Both the position numbers and the translations under genes were made by a program. This document shows positions 40,340 through 52,736 of a DNA stretch of 64,000 nt, one piece after another (position 1 is the stretch's first letter; each line of letters begins with the position of its first letter). This DNA comes from Epiperipatus broadwayi (lineage: Eukaryota; Animalia; Onychophora), in assembly GCA_028023455.1 (NCBI GenBank), contig JAQFVV010000005.1, forward strand, positions 19,592,001 through 19,656,000, written 5' to 3'. The notes under the pieces are model-generated. The model saw nothing but the letters and a program-made list of their open reading frames with translations. It was not told the DNA's origin and made no database searches.

Positions 40340-40382
40340 AAATATAGGGGATTTGAACTCATACTCAAATCCCCCTATATTT
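40340..40382. repeat. Isolated 17 bp-stem hairpin
   Basis: AAATATAGGGGATTTGA-actcatac-TCAAATCCCCCTATATTT. Confidence 0.85.
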
Positions 40383-40509
40383 ATTCTGAAAAAAGTAACA
40401 ATATAGGCTATAAAATTTTAATCCATGTTTAAGCCATAAAAGTGCATTGTTGATGCACTATACAAAAAAATCTTAGCAAATATCTTCTTTATTATGACTT
40501 CCTGCAACT

Positions 40510-41910
40510 AATAAACATCACATGATCATCATTTCCTATGCTTGCTTATAACTGTTATTAAAACAGGCAAAACTCTCTATACGTATTGCCACACAGTGAA
40601 AGCCAGAGTAAACAATGGATGCCAGAAGGCTTGTGCATAAAATCCCAATCTAGTGCCTACTCATCCAATATCCCCAGACTAGTTTCTGGCTTGTGGCCTA
40701 CGTCAATGAGGAGTCTTGGATCTGAGAGCACTGCACCTAGATCTTAGGATCTAATGCAACCCTCCAGCAGCCACCTTTTATCTCTACTTAACTACAAAAC
40801 CGTGAGTCTTAAATTGAAAACACTATTTTCAATTCAAGCTCATTAGCTTATATAGTCATATAGGTCTGAACTCAGTTCAGTATCCATACATTTTGGTGAC
40901 TTTGGTTCTTTAATAACCATAGCCACTTCTATCCTATTAGGCAGGATTGGTTTTAAGTCAATAAACATCACATGATGATCATTTCTTATGCTTGCTTATA
41001 ACTTATTAAAACAGACAAAACTCTATACGTATTGCCACACAGTGCAAGCCAGAGTAATCCATGGATGCCAGAAGGCTTGTGCATAAAATCCCCATCTAGT
41101 GCCTACTCATCCAATATCCCCAGACTAGTTTCTGGCTTGTGGCCTTAGTGAGTGAGGAGTCTTGGATCTGAGAGCACTGCACCTAGATCTTAGGATCTAA
41201 TGCAACCCTCCAGCAGCAACCTTTTATCTCTATTTAACTACAAAACTATGAGTCTTAAATTTAAAACACTATATTTTCAATTCAAGCTCATTAGCTTATA
41301 TAGTCATAAGTCTGAACTCAGTTCAGTACCCGTACATTTTGGTGACAGGTTCTTTAATAACCATAGCCATCTCTATCCTATTAGGCAGGATTGGTTACAT
41401 GATCATCATTTCTTATGTTTGCTTATAACTGTTATTAAGTCACCAAAATGTACGAGTACTGAACTGAGTTCAGACCTATATGACTATATAAGCTAATGAG
41501 CTTGAATTGAAAGTAGTGTTTTCAATTTAAGACTCATCATTTCTTATGTTTGCTTATAACTGTTATTAAGTCACCAAAATGTACGTGTACTGAACTGAGT
41601 TCAGACCTATATGACTATATAAGCTAATGAGCTTGAATTGAAAATATAGTGTTTTCAATTTAAGATTAATAATTTTGTAGTTAAGTAGAGATAAAAGGTA
41701 GCTGCTGGAGGGTTGCATTAGATCCTAAGATCTAGGTGCAGTGCTCTCAGATCCAAGACTCCTCACTCACGAAGACCACAAGCCAGAAACTAGTTTGGGG
41801 ATATTGGATGAGTAAGCACTAGATGGGGATTTTATGCACAAGCCTTCTGACATCCATTGATTACTCTGGCTTGCACTGTGGCAATAAGTATAGAGTTTTG
41901 CCTGTTTTTT
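40510..41910. mobile_element. Tandem-plus-inverted array of a 450 bp hammerhead-bearing unit (non-LTR retrozyme / pLTR-like)
   Basis: Direct units 40510-40959 and 40960-41396, then two inverted partial units (41439-41536, 41570-41905) joined by short direct fillers. 11 bp TSD TTCCTGCAACT (40499-40509, 41911-41921). Confidence 0.9.
40652..40732 (-). ncRNA. Type I hammerhead ribozyme with extended stem I (other copies at ~41098-41180 on - and ~41741-41820 on +)
   Basis: Three-copy reconstruction: TCCTCA, CTGACGA, a-GGC-cacaa-GCC-a, GAAA, CTAG, TC, TGGGGA. Stem I continues ATCCAA/TTGGAT, CTC/GAG and AGTGCT/AG(G/C)CACT. Each copy has core mutations. Confidence 0.75.
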
Positions 41911-41921
41911 TTCCTGCAACT

Positions 41922-42300
41922 GAATCAGCCTTGAGGTCAAATCAATGGCAAATAGTGATGCTGCCATTGTATAGTTCTGTATCCTCCAAACTTGTCAAAG
42001 GCTACAAAAAACTCTGGAAAGTTTATAACAAAATTCAATGGACTATGTAAATCATATTGGAAATATTTATTACCATTGCAACAGGCAAGTAGTTTTGTAG
42101 CTCTATCTTCACTTAATAATTGTTAAAACAATCTGATATGGACATAACTAGTATTTGCAAGATAATTGCCAGTGCTGTCTTTTAACCATTGAGTCAAACC
42201 TATGCAATAGCTTTTGTATTCAATACGTAAGGGGTTATGACTTGATACATAATCTTTCTAGTACAGTTCAGTACTGAATTCTTTACTGCAATGCTTCATT
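41922..42300 (+). mobile_element. Decayed LINE RT remnant interrupted by the 40.5 kb insertion
   Basis: Rejoining across the TSD gives PATESALRSNQW (EQAGFR-like), then loosely D.KK.. and RQ.C..L pieces. Confidence 0.35.
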
Positions 42301-44332
42301 AAACATACAATATTATCAGCCACAGGATTTCCTTAAAATGTTTCAATAGCTTCTTGTGGGACATGCAATGACATGCCAATTATTATATGCATATCTAATA
42401 TACTGGCACACATCATTTGCATACTGTTTCTTCTGGATGGTCCAATTATCATCTCATTTATATGTATATATGTGAACAGATAAAGACTTTCAATTTTAAA
42501 ATTTTATTTATTAATCCACACAGTTTGATAAAGTGAACTAAGATAGCACTGCCACTGAGACAGTTATTTTGATCAATTTAGTAATAAAGATTTTTTTTTT
42601 TTTACAGATTTCCTTCAAATAACATTCTCTTCATACAGATTATGCATCTTATAATATCAGAACCACTAATATTTTGATGGTAGAGAGCAATAAGTTTTAA
42701 TTGTAATCCCCTATGAGAAATCAACAAACTTGCTGCTCAGCTTTGAGAATGTCATCACCAGATAGACCTATCAAACTGTCTAAATAAAACCATATCATTA
42801 AACACAATATGAATCTCTCTCGTAACAAATATTAACTATTATTCTAATAATTTCTAAATTTATACTTATATATGATATTGAATTGTGTTCCTATAATTGA
42901 AGAATTAAACTATCAATTATGCAATGCTGCTTTCTTGAATATTGCATTTGTAATTTATTTAATATTAATTTTTTAGTTGAAACCACAATCTCTATACTTA
43001 TTTTTTAATTTACTAAAAATAAGTGTGTATATGAGCTTTACTTCTACATTTCAAACATTTGATTGCATTCATCATGGGTGGGGTGGGTGGGGGGGGTAAT
43101 AGCTCCTACAAAGCAATTCAACAAAATATGTATTTTCAATTAAGCAAAATTCCACTAACTTTCCTAACTCTGATGTTTTGTATCTATACAAATTTATTCT
43201 AAGTGGCTACATATATATATTTCAAATCTGCACGGATAATTACTCATAAGTGGTCTGTTGAAATCAATAAAACTGCTTTTAAAATATGTTTTCTGAAGAA
43301 ACATTCTCCAGTCTCACCTTACTTTTTCTAGCAATGATGAAACATAAAAATATTACTGAAGGAAGCATAGAAATGTTCACAAAGTTCCATGATTATTAGC
43401 TGGTCTGATCTCTTTAACATACTGAGTGGCTCCAGTGACGATTTAAACTTCAGGTCACAGCTGTGAAATACATTAGCTACTCATTTATACTTTGAGCTCT
43501 TAAATTTATACTATATGTATATCATTTGAGCAAATACAGATACCATATCTTTTGCCCCGAAAAAATTCTTTCAGACATTGCACATAAATTTGTGGGCTTG
43601 CGCCTTAGATCCGTGGTATAGCAAATTAACTTTTTCATAAGAGTTAACCAATAATACTAAATCCATTTTCAAATAATTAAAAATGGCCAACTAACTAATT
43701 CCATTTTAAAACTGACTTAAGCATAAAATTGGATTTTCTCTTATTTAAAGATATTGTTTTAGTTTTAAAAAATTAGACTTCATTAAATCAATTTGATAAT
43801 CTCAGCAATTTTATTATCAAAGATTGATTTATACTAAACACAAATAAATAATCTACGCAAAAATAATATACAAATAAATATAAATTTAAACCATTTTACA
43901 GGTTTTAATTAAATAAATTGCGTTTTTTTTTCATTCCAAATAAAAAAGACAATTATAATGTAAAATAAAATTTTTTGATAAATTCGCATTTGATTTTATT
44001 GTAGGTATATCAGACTTACGAAAAAAAAAATCACATAAATCTAAGCAGCTAGGTGGTCATATTAAAATGAAAGCGATTATGGAATTAATCTCTTAACAGT
44101 AACATAACTTCCTCTACCGATTTTCATGGCAATTTTATAACATTTTAGACAACAATTCAATATCGTAATTACAGCATATTATTTTCTAAAATGCATTTGT
44201 CGCATAAAAGTATACAACATGATTTTTAAAAAAATCTAAACATTTAATTAATATAAATTTAAATAAAACCGATAGTTTATCTCTAATAACGTAAGACCGA
44301 CTAAATGCGAAAGAGGCTTTAAATCAACTTAC

Positions 44333-44460
44333 CTGTAATAGGATAATAACCCATTTGACAAAACGAACCATCTTTTCTGATATCCTTTTAAATAATTCGT
44401 CCATTTATGGAGCCAGCCCTTCATTTCTGGCTCTGTCTGATGATGTTTCGGATCGGTCAT
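44333..44460 (-). CDS. OSBP: Oxysterol-binding protein 1, first coding exon (PH domain N-terminus)
   Basis: Translates [42 protein letters not shown](R), the OSBP PH signature [26 protein letters not shown]. Ends in AG|GTAAGT (phase 2). No later OSBP exon was recognised in the window. Confidence 0.95.
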
Positions 44461-44760
44461 CTCGGAAGTAAAGTTATATCTATAGCCATTAAAATCTCCA
44501 CCTACTCATTCTCTTAAAGATGGCTGCCAAAACGTCACACCCAATATCATGTCGTGATAGTAGTTATCTCCGACTAAATTCATTATAAAATTATTTCCAA
44601 ATAAAATATTCATAAACAGAAGCAAATAAATATTTCACTCAAAATTTATAAATTAAAAAATTAAAACTGAGGTTTTACAAAAGCTCCACGAAATTATGAT
44701 TGTAAATAATACGTTGCAGCTGGCCTCTGTCACAGCAAATCCCATCATGCAATTTTATAT
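44461..44760. promoter_or_regulatory. Probable bidirectional promoter for OSBP (-) and MZT2 (+)
   Basis: CpG-containing region with ETS CGGAAGT (44463-44469), YY1-like AAGATGGCTGCC (44517-44528) and ACGTCA (44532-44537), lying between divergent exons. Confidence 0.65.
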
Positions 44761-44821
44761 TTATGCGGAAATTTGAAATTCCTTTGTGTCGTCCTCCATA
44801 CTCTTTCGTCGCTACATATAA
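44700..44821 (+). other. MZT2: Probable non-coding first exon of MZT2
   Basis: Pyrimidine-rich CpG-containing leader ending in a canonical donor A|GTAAGA at 44821/44822. The exon holding the MZT2 ATG starts at an acceptor (62399), so an upstream exon is required. The start is approximate. Confidence 0.45.
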
Positions 44822-45189
44822 GTAAGAAATTTAATGAGTTTATGAAAAAAGAATCGAAACTACTTTAAACTAAATAAGTTCAAGAGAATTTTTTAATTTG
44901 ATTAATTTTGCATTATAATATAAAATATACATGTATTTCCTATCATTTTTCATTAACGTTTTCAAAGTGATAGGCCTACTGTAAACATAGGAAATTATTT
45001 ATGTTAAATTTGCCCAATGGAAATTTAGGTATCTAAACCATAGAAAGTATTAATACTTTACTGTCATTGATGGCACTTTGCTATTGCTTACAAAGTTCTT
45101 AATGAAATTCTGTCGTTTTTTTATAGTAAAAAAAAAAAAAAGTTTTATTAATGAAATAAACCTTAAAAGATGAATGTGAAAATTGTTCT

Positions 45190-45440
45190 AGTAGATCTTG
45201 CAAATAAATTTATTCATTAAAAATATGGGTCTGTTTGCTTATTTTATTAAATAATGTTTTTATTCAATCACATCAATAAAAACGATAAAGATTTTGACCA
45301 AATCAACAGTAGATCTTCCAAATAAATTTATTCATTAAAAATATGGGTCTGTTTGCTTATTTTATTAAATAATGTTAATTAATGTTTTTATTCAATCACA
45401 TATCAATTTAAACGATAAAGATTTTGACCAAATCAACAGT
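45190..45440. repeat. ~121-130 bp tandem duplication
   Basis: AGTAGATCTT(G/C)CAAATAAATTTATTCATTAAAAATATGGGTCTG...GACCAAATCAACAGT occurs twice. Confidence 0.9.
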
Positions 45441-45661
45441 ACTCTATTCTCAATTTTCACTTGTTAATCCCCAAAGCTATCAGTTTCCTAAATATACGTA
45501 GCGTTCATTTATTTCTGTTAATAAATTAACTTTCACGTTATATTTTTAATACTATGCTATGTGTAAAAAATATATATACAAATAGTTGAAATTTGTAATT
45601 AGAATATTTTGAAAATTATCTTGTCATAATTTTTTTAAAACTTTAATTGAAATTACAATAC

Positions 45662-48120
45662 ATATCTTCATCATCAACCATTATTAATCCAATGCAGGAT
45701 GAAGATCTTTCCAAGTTCAATCCATCTTCTGCGATCTCTAGTCTCTTCTCCATATCATCCCTGTACACTTTCTTATTTCATCCATCCATTTCACATGTAG
45801 TCTTTTTCTGGGTCTTTTACAATCTTTTGGAATCCAGTTTGATATTTTAATTGTCCATCTATTATCTTCTAGCAATATGTCCACCCAATTCCACTTCAGT
45901 CTTTTAATCCTTTCAATGATAACAGTAACATCTATTTCTGCTCTTACCCATATATTGCGTTTTCTATCTTTTTTATCTAGTTACTCCTAATATGCATTTT
46001 TCCATACTTTTTTTGAGTTATCAGAAGTCTCTATTGCTCTTCTATTAAGTGTGCAAGTCTCAGATTTATAAAAAAGAACTGGTAAAACATTTATTAAATA
46101 CTTTTCAAACACGGGCATATTTCCTTAATTTCATTCATTATGTTTCCATCGGTAGTAGTAATTAACTTTTTCTACCTCATCATTATCAATCTATTTTCAC
46201 CATTATGACAAAACCCATTGAACATTACTTTAATCTTTTAACGTTTACCTTTAGTCCTACTTTCTTACTTTCATCTGATAACTTTTTTAACATTTCCTGA
46301 AGTTCTGAAGCATTATTTGGAAAAAAACTATATCATTGCAAAATCTAAATGACTTAAATAATCACCGTTTATTTTTATTCCTTTAATTCCCCATCTTATA
46401 CCCTTCTCAATGTTAACCTTCCTAGTATCATTATGTAATCTAATTATTGCTGTTGCATTTTTATAAATATTCTTCAGAGTATGACAGTATCCTGGGTATA
46501 TACCTTTATGATCCAATGCTTTAATCAGTGGAGAAATGCTTATAGAATCCAATGCCTTTTTATAATCTACAAATCCAAAGCATAATGGCGACTCATATTC
46601 ATTGGTCCTTTCTATAACTTCTCTCAATGATTGGCTATAATTCATTGTACTGAAAACCTAAATCCAGTTGGTTGAAATCCAAAGTTCTTTGTAGATGAGT
46701 TGTAATTAACCTGGTAAAACATTTTGTATAAAACTGATAAAAGACTGATAGGATCTGTAATTTCTAATGTCATCTTTATCATTTAGACATTTGGTATATA
46801 ACTTTGCCCAAAATTTTTCTATTTCTTTACCTCCTTCTTTTAAGATATCAATTATAATTCCATCATTACTTGGAGTTTTTCCTTTCTTCATAAATTTAAT
46901 TGCATATCTCACTTCTTCATTTAAAATCCTGGACAATTCAAAAGATGTAATAGTTACTTGTTCTTTATTACTATATAATTCTTGTTAGAACTCTTCTATC
47001 CATTTTATGATGTCGTCTCTTTTTTTAGTAATAGTTCCATCTTTTTTTTTTTTTTTTGCAGATATGTTTCCTACCAATACCAAAATGTTTTATATTCTTG
47101 AGACTTTTAGATTGTTTTTCTTACTAGTTCATAATTAAACTTTCTTATCATTGTCAACTCTTTCGCACCATTTTACAAAATTTGAGATATTCAATTCTTC
47201 ATAATGCGTCATTTTTATATATTTTTATATTCCTTTTTTTTTTCTTCATAAATTCTCTGCTCTCAGTAGAAATTTTATTGGTCAATTGCTGCTTTTTTCT
47301 ACCAGCTATCATTGTTGCAGTTTTTAAAAGTATATCAGTTATTTTTCTATTAATGTCACTCAAATCTGAATCATTTTCAAAATGTGCTAATATTTGAAAA
47401 TGATTTGCAAGTTGTAATTTAAATTCATTGGAATGTTTCTGAAGATTGGGAATATCAACTGTGAGTATTGTTTTTCTTAATAATTTTTGTCTAGTTTTGC
47501 ATTAACATGTTTACTTCTCACCAATCGATGATCACTTCCTGTGTTGAATTTACTAAGAACATTACAATCTTGAAATATGTATTTTTTATTAATCAAAATA
47601 TAATCCAATTCAGTTGTACCTTCATTTGAATGCTTCCATGACCACTTACTTTTAACATTTTTCTCAAAAAAAGAATTCATAATATAAAATTGTTTTTTTT
47701 TCCTGCAAACTCCACAAGTCTATGCCCTCTCTTATTTCTATTACCATATTCAATTGTTTACCAATTCACCCATAACAATTTTAAAATGTTGTTTGTCTGA
47801 TCAAAAGCCTTTTGTACATCCATATAAAATCCTCTATTATTTCATCACTATGGGAACTTGTTGGAGCATAAACCTGAATTATCTGCATTGCTTTTAAGTT
47901 GAATAACTAATCTTGCCAGTCTTTCCGATACACCATCAATCTCCATAGTGTTGTTCTTCTATTCTATTTATAATGAATCCTACTTCACTTGTACTTTCAA
48001 TATTTGTGCCTTTGTAATAGAGTACATATCCACTTTTTCTCTTCACCTTTTCTTATAACTTCACAAAGTTCAATAATGGCAACCTGGGTTAGCAATCAGA
48101 ATTTTTAGCATCCTCCACAG
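45662..48120 (-). mobile_element. RTE-clade LINE, near full-length and degenerate (APE endonuclease + RT)
   Basis: IIQVYAPTSSHSDE, ELDYILINKKYIFQDC..GSDHRLV, YESPLCFGFVDYKKALDS and YLSHLDFA motifs, with a (GAT)n-like tail near 45662. Confidence 0.9.
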
Positions 48121-48524
48121 TTGGTGACTATAGCTTCCTGGGAATAAGGGCTATGATTTATTTTTGCCTGTTGTGATTGTAAATATCTTAGAAAAAAAAT
48201 ATTTTTATTCACATGCACATTCATTCTGCTTATCAGGCAACTGAGGAGAAAGATCATGGTGTTTCTTGATCTTAAACTCAGAAGTAAAAAGTCAATAAAC
48301 TTAACACATTGGCTATTGCATGTTGATGATTAGTTCATATAGTATATGAATAATCTTATAGTAATAACAGCTGCAACGACAAGAACATATGAAGTGGACA
48401 TTAGGAATTTACCCTGCTCAGTGGTTTTAAAGCCTTCAAGAGGAATCAAAGGGTCTCGTTTTATTTAACAGCAAACTCCTTGCAGCCTACAATATATATT
48501 TATTATGTTAAATGCGACATAGAT

Positions 48525-49200
48525 CGGCGGTGGGAAACTTTTCTGCCAAGGCCCATTTGGATATTTATAATGTCATTCATGGGCCATACAAAATTATCGA
48601 CTTAAAAAATAGCCTGCTATATTTAATCAAAATTTTAATTAATTTAACATTAATTATTAGAGATGAGTAGTTTTTTGAAGTGACAGGCCAATTTCAACTT
48701 GCTCTTCTTAAAAGAAGGTCATAATTTTTCTGTGAATTAAAAATAAAGTAATGCCATAGTTATTAATTACTGTTCCACATTTTATGACAATTTCCATTTT
48801 GCCATGTAACTAACTATTCTTTATGATATTTATATTCTCGAATTTATTTTTATGTTCTGGACAGATTAATTCTGCAATAGCTAGGATGCAGTCTTTTATA
48901 AACTTTCCTTCAAAAAATAGTTTTGAAGTTTTTTTGCTTTTTTTTTTGGGGGGGGGGGATAATGTAACTTGCTTTCACAGAATTTTCTGACTCATAAGTA
49001 CTTTTTATGAAATATCTCAGAATACTGGATGAAGCTTCTTTCCAAATATTCAATTTGAATATTTGTTTCTTCCTTGACAATTTTATTGTAATCCGAATGT
49101 TTTGATAAATAGTGCCTCTTAATATAGTGTTTTTTATTAATTGAGACACTTTCTATACATATCAGATACATCAATTTACTATTTCTATAAAAAAAAATAT
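48525..49200 (-). mobile_element. hAT (Charlie/SPIN-like) remnant
   Basis: TIR-like CGGCGGTGGGAAACTTTTCTGCCAAGG at 48526. Minus-strand N-terminal zinc-finger remnant LICIESVSINKKHYIKRHYLSKH. The second TIR was not found. Confidence 0.65.
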
Positions 49201-51900
49201 GTGTTGGTCTATTTCTTTTGAAATATGTGATTTTCTATGTCAATTTTTTTACCTTATTCATTGTAGCCATCCTAATAAAAAAGATCAAATACAAAATAAT
49301 AAAATGAAATAAAGTTTGAAAAAAAAAAATTCAGATTGTCTATTTGAAAGTTAACTATCAGATAAATGTTGGCTTTGAGTTGGTATTTTGGATCTGGTGT
49401 CGGGAATATCATAACACCTCACTGAGAAATGCCAAAAGCATGAAACTGGTCTGAGAATAGGAATAATTTCTAGAGAGATTTTTTGAATGCTTTCTCCTGG
49501 CGGCATTTATCTATAAAGCATATTAGAGCTTGCACCCTCTCCCAGGCTTATTAAATTTGGTCACGTGATGTGTGACTTATTTTTTCAAAATAAAATTTGG
49601 GTTTCATATTTTGCTAATATACATTTGTCTACAAAAATCACTATCAAAGACTTGTGTACAGACACAAACATAGCAGAGTTTGTTTACAGAAAGATATACA
49701 TTGGTTATTATATAGTAAAATATATTATTGGTGTGTATATGTAAATCTATATCATAAAAGTGATTCATTGTACATCCTCTTTTTCTTATGATATTGGGCT
49801 CATTTCTTTATTTTTACTGCTTTCTATTTCAGGCAAGAACTTTTGCGTCTATACTGACATGATTCCTCATTAACCATTTATCCATATTTAGGAATAATAT
49901 TCTTAAATAAGAATACACATTTTATAAAAAATAACTATAAATGATAAACAAGTTTTTTATAATATTTTCATAAAACATGCATTTAGTTGAGGAAAATGCG
50001 CTATGCGAACTCTAACATGTTTTTACATATTCAACTTTTTAATGTCAATTTTGACGAGCAAATTTAATGAAAATTGTTGATATACATAAAATGAAATGTG
50101 GAGAATATTAACCTGGTTGGTATAAACACAAAATGTATCTTTTAACAAACACATACAAATAAACTAAATTCAATATACAGATGCTATCCTGCTTTTGAAC
50201 GAGTTACATTTCAAAATAAGCCAATGAGCGTGTTACCAAACTGTTACTGTTGGGTGGGAACTGTTAGCAACATCTAAATGCAGCTCTGCACCTATCAGGG
50301 CGCATGCATTTAAATAGAATATTAATTTTTATGCTGGCATCCTGGTAACGTTATATTTCTGTGTTTTTGCATAGCATCAAGTGGCAGACACAAGCTAATA
50401 GAACAATACCAAATTTGTATTAGGAAAAAAAAATAATGTTAATATTACTGTTTATTTAATGTAAGAGATAATTTTTGATTGAAATATGTAGGTATTGTAC
50501 TTCAGATAACTATGATCATAATATAGATTTTCTATTTACAAATGGACGATTTAATAACAAACTAATTATTCACATGATCACATTTTCTATACTAGCTCTG
50601 TTTTGCTCTGTTTATAAACTAATTATTATTTGATTTTCATCTTTATTGGATTTTTAATAACCTTTTTTATAGTTTTGGGTTTATTTTAAATACAAAATGA
50701 AGATTGTAACAGTATATTTGTGTTGTTGGGTGATAAAGGACTTGCAAGGGCAAATTTTATTTTAAGATTAGTATCTAATACTAAATTTGCTTTTTTCAAA
50801 TACCCATAACAATGTTTCAGAACATTTACATGTGTAACTTTGGAATCTTATTCTTAAATTCTATAGCTTTTGTATTAATTTTTTTCATCTCATTATCCAT
50901 CAACTGTTTTATTTTACTATATAAAATAGTAATATGTATAAGAATTTCATCATATATTAAAATAAACACAAATATTAATAGAACTATTATTTTGTTTTGG
51001 TTTAAGTGTCTGCGCATATATCTCTTATAGTTATCACACTTTTTCTAAATGTTGTTTGTATAAATTACAAGTTGTCAATTTTTGAATTTCAAAATTCCAT
51101 TTTTAGACAGACACATAGGCTCTATTAAGCACCAAGAACTGCATTAGACATTTCTGGAGCTGTTGGCATGTAGACTTTGAAGGCACTGCTTCCTGAGTTG
51201 CCACAAGGCAGGAGAAAGCATGCAACTCAAAATTTGGACTCACAGAAGTATTGTTCATAAGTAGGCCGGCATTTGTACAGTGTGATTGTATAGTTGAACA
51301 ATTTGTTCATTGCATGTGTCAAACGATTTTTGACTTACATGAATATGAGTTTTTATTCATAGTAGGAAATTTATATAAAACAAAAGTAATAAAGGTGTCA
51401 TTTTCCACATTTTTGTTGTGACGACCCTGGGAGTCAGGACCCCCAACTTTAAGAACCATTGAAATAGACTACACAATGCAGATAATTTGTTTGAATATTG
51501 CATCTCTGATAGAATGAAAAGAAAAAGATGTAGTTTAGAAAATAAATATTTTATTTTACTTAATTCAATATTTCCACTATGCATATGTTTAAATTGAAGT
51601 TTTATATAGAGCCATTTTATATGTTTTTGAAAATGTCTCCTTTCGAGGGCCGGTGTTTTCCCACCCCTACCATAGACTCTTAAAACTAAAGATTGTTTTA
51701 TCAAGTTGGTAGTGAGAATTATTTCAGGGGCCTGTAGGCGTAAATATCACAAAATATGATGAAATTGAAGGGTTAAATTTTTATTATAATAGGAAGTTAG
51801 AAAAGAAATTTAATGAGTTAGAAAATTGCAAAGAAAAGATAATTGTAATTCAATTTTTATAATACAGTAAAATAAAAATTTGTTGCTAAAGGCAGGATTA

Positions 51901-52736
51901 CATTCATATCGGCCTTTCAAGCCAATTGTGCAAACGCTTTGCGAGTGTTAAATAATAAATGAATACCCTCTGACCAATACAAGATAAAGAATTTATGCAG
52001 GAATAAAAAGAATCCCTCTTATTCCTACGACTCAAATATTTATATATGAGCAAATCTGAAGTACTGGCACAGAAGGTGTGACAATATAACAGTCACTTTA
52101 AATTACTATATACAATGTCTGAATGAATGATGCCGATGAAATTTTCTAGGATTTACTAAGCGTCATTCCAACTGAAACTTAATCATATATATAAATAAGC
52201 ATTTATTTTTATAGCGTCTGTATACAATTTGTAATTACATTCATATCGGCCTTTCAAGCCAATTGTGCAAACACTTTGCGAGTGTTAAACGTCTGTATAC
52301 AATTTACACTCGCAAAGCGTTTGCACAACTGGCTTGAAAGGCCGATATGAATGTAATTACAAATTGTATACAGACGCTATAAAAATAAATGCTTATTTAT
52401 ATATATGATTAAGTTTCAGTTGGAATGACGCTTAGTAAATTCTAGAAAATTTCATCGGCATCATTCATTCAGACATTGTATATAGTAATTTAAAGTGACT
52501 GTTATATTGTCACACCCCCTGTGCCATTACTTCAGATTTGCTCATATATAAATATTTGAGTCGTAGGAATAAGAGGGATTCTTTTTATTCCTGCATAAAT
52601 TCTATATCTTGTATTGGTCAGAAGGTATTCATTTATTATTTAACACTCGCAAAGCATTTGCACAATTGGCTTGAAAGGCCGATATGAATGTAATTACAAA
52701 TTGTATACAGACGCTATAAAAATAAATGCTTATTTA
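51901..52736. mobile_element. Palindromic insertion built from a 337 bp tandem unit
   Basis: Left arm 51901-52289 is ~1.15 units (period 337: CATTCATATCGGCC at 51901 and 52238). A 16 nt filler (52290-52305) precedes the inverted arm 52306-52736 (~1.3 units). 14 bp TSD TAAAGGCAGGATTA (51887-51900, 52737-52750). Confidence 0.9.

Noticed and set aside
43422-43459. 38 nt minus-strand segment with AG/GT boundaries as OSBP exon 2
   Set aside because: Its translation (CDLKFKSSLEPL) does not match the conserved continuation of the OSBP PH domain.
44437-44470. CTGATGATG hammerhead-like core
   Set aside because: It is the antisense of OSBP codons (HHQ) and has no supporting stems.
40938-51900. Shared 10-mer AGGCAGGATT between the 450 bp unit end and the 51.9 kb TSD
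   Set aside because: A single short match with no extension; likely chance.
6532-52736. Palindromes as amplification or assembly chimeras
   Set aside because: The arms differ by substitutions and indels, three have exact TSDs, and flanks rejoin into continuous sequence. Read-level confirmation is still needed.
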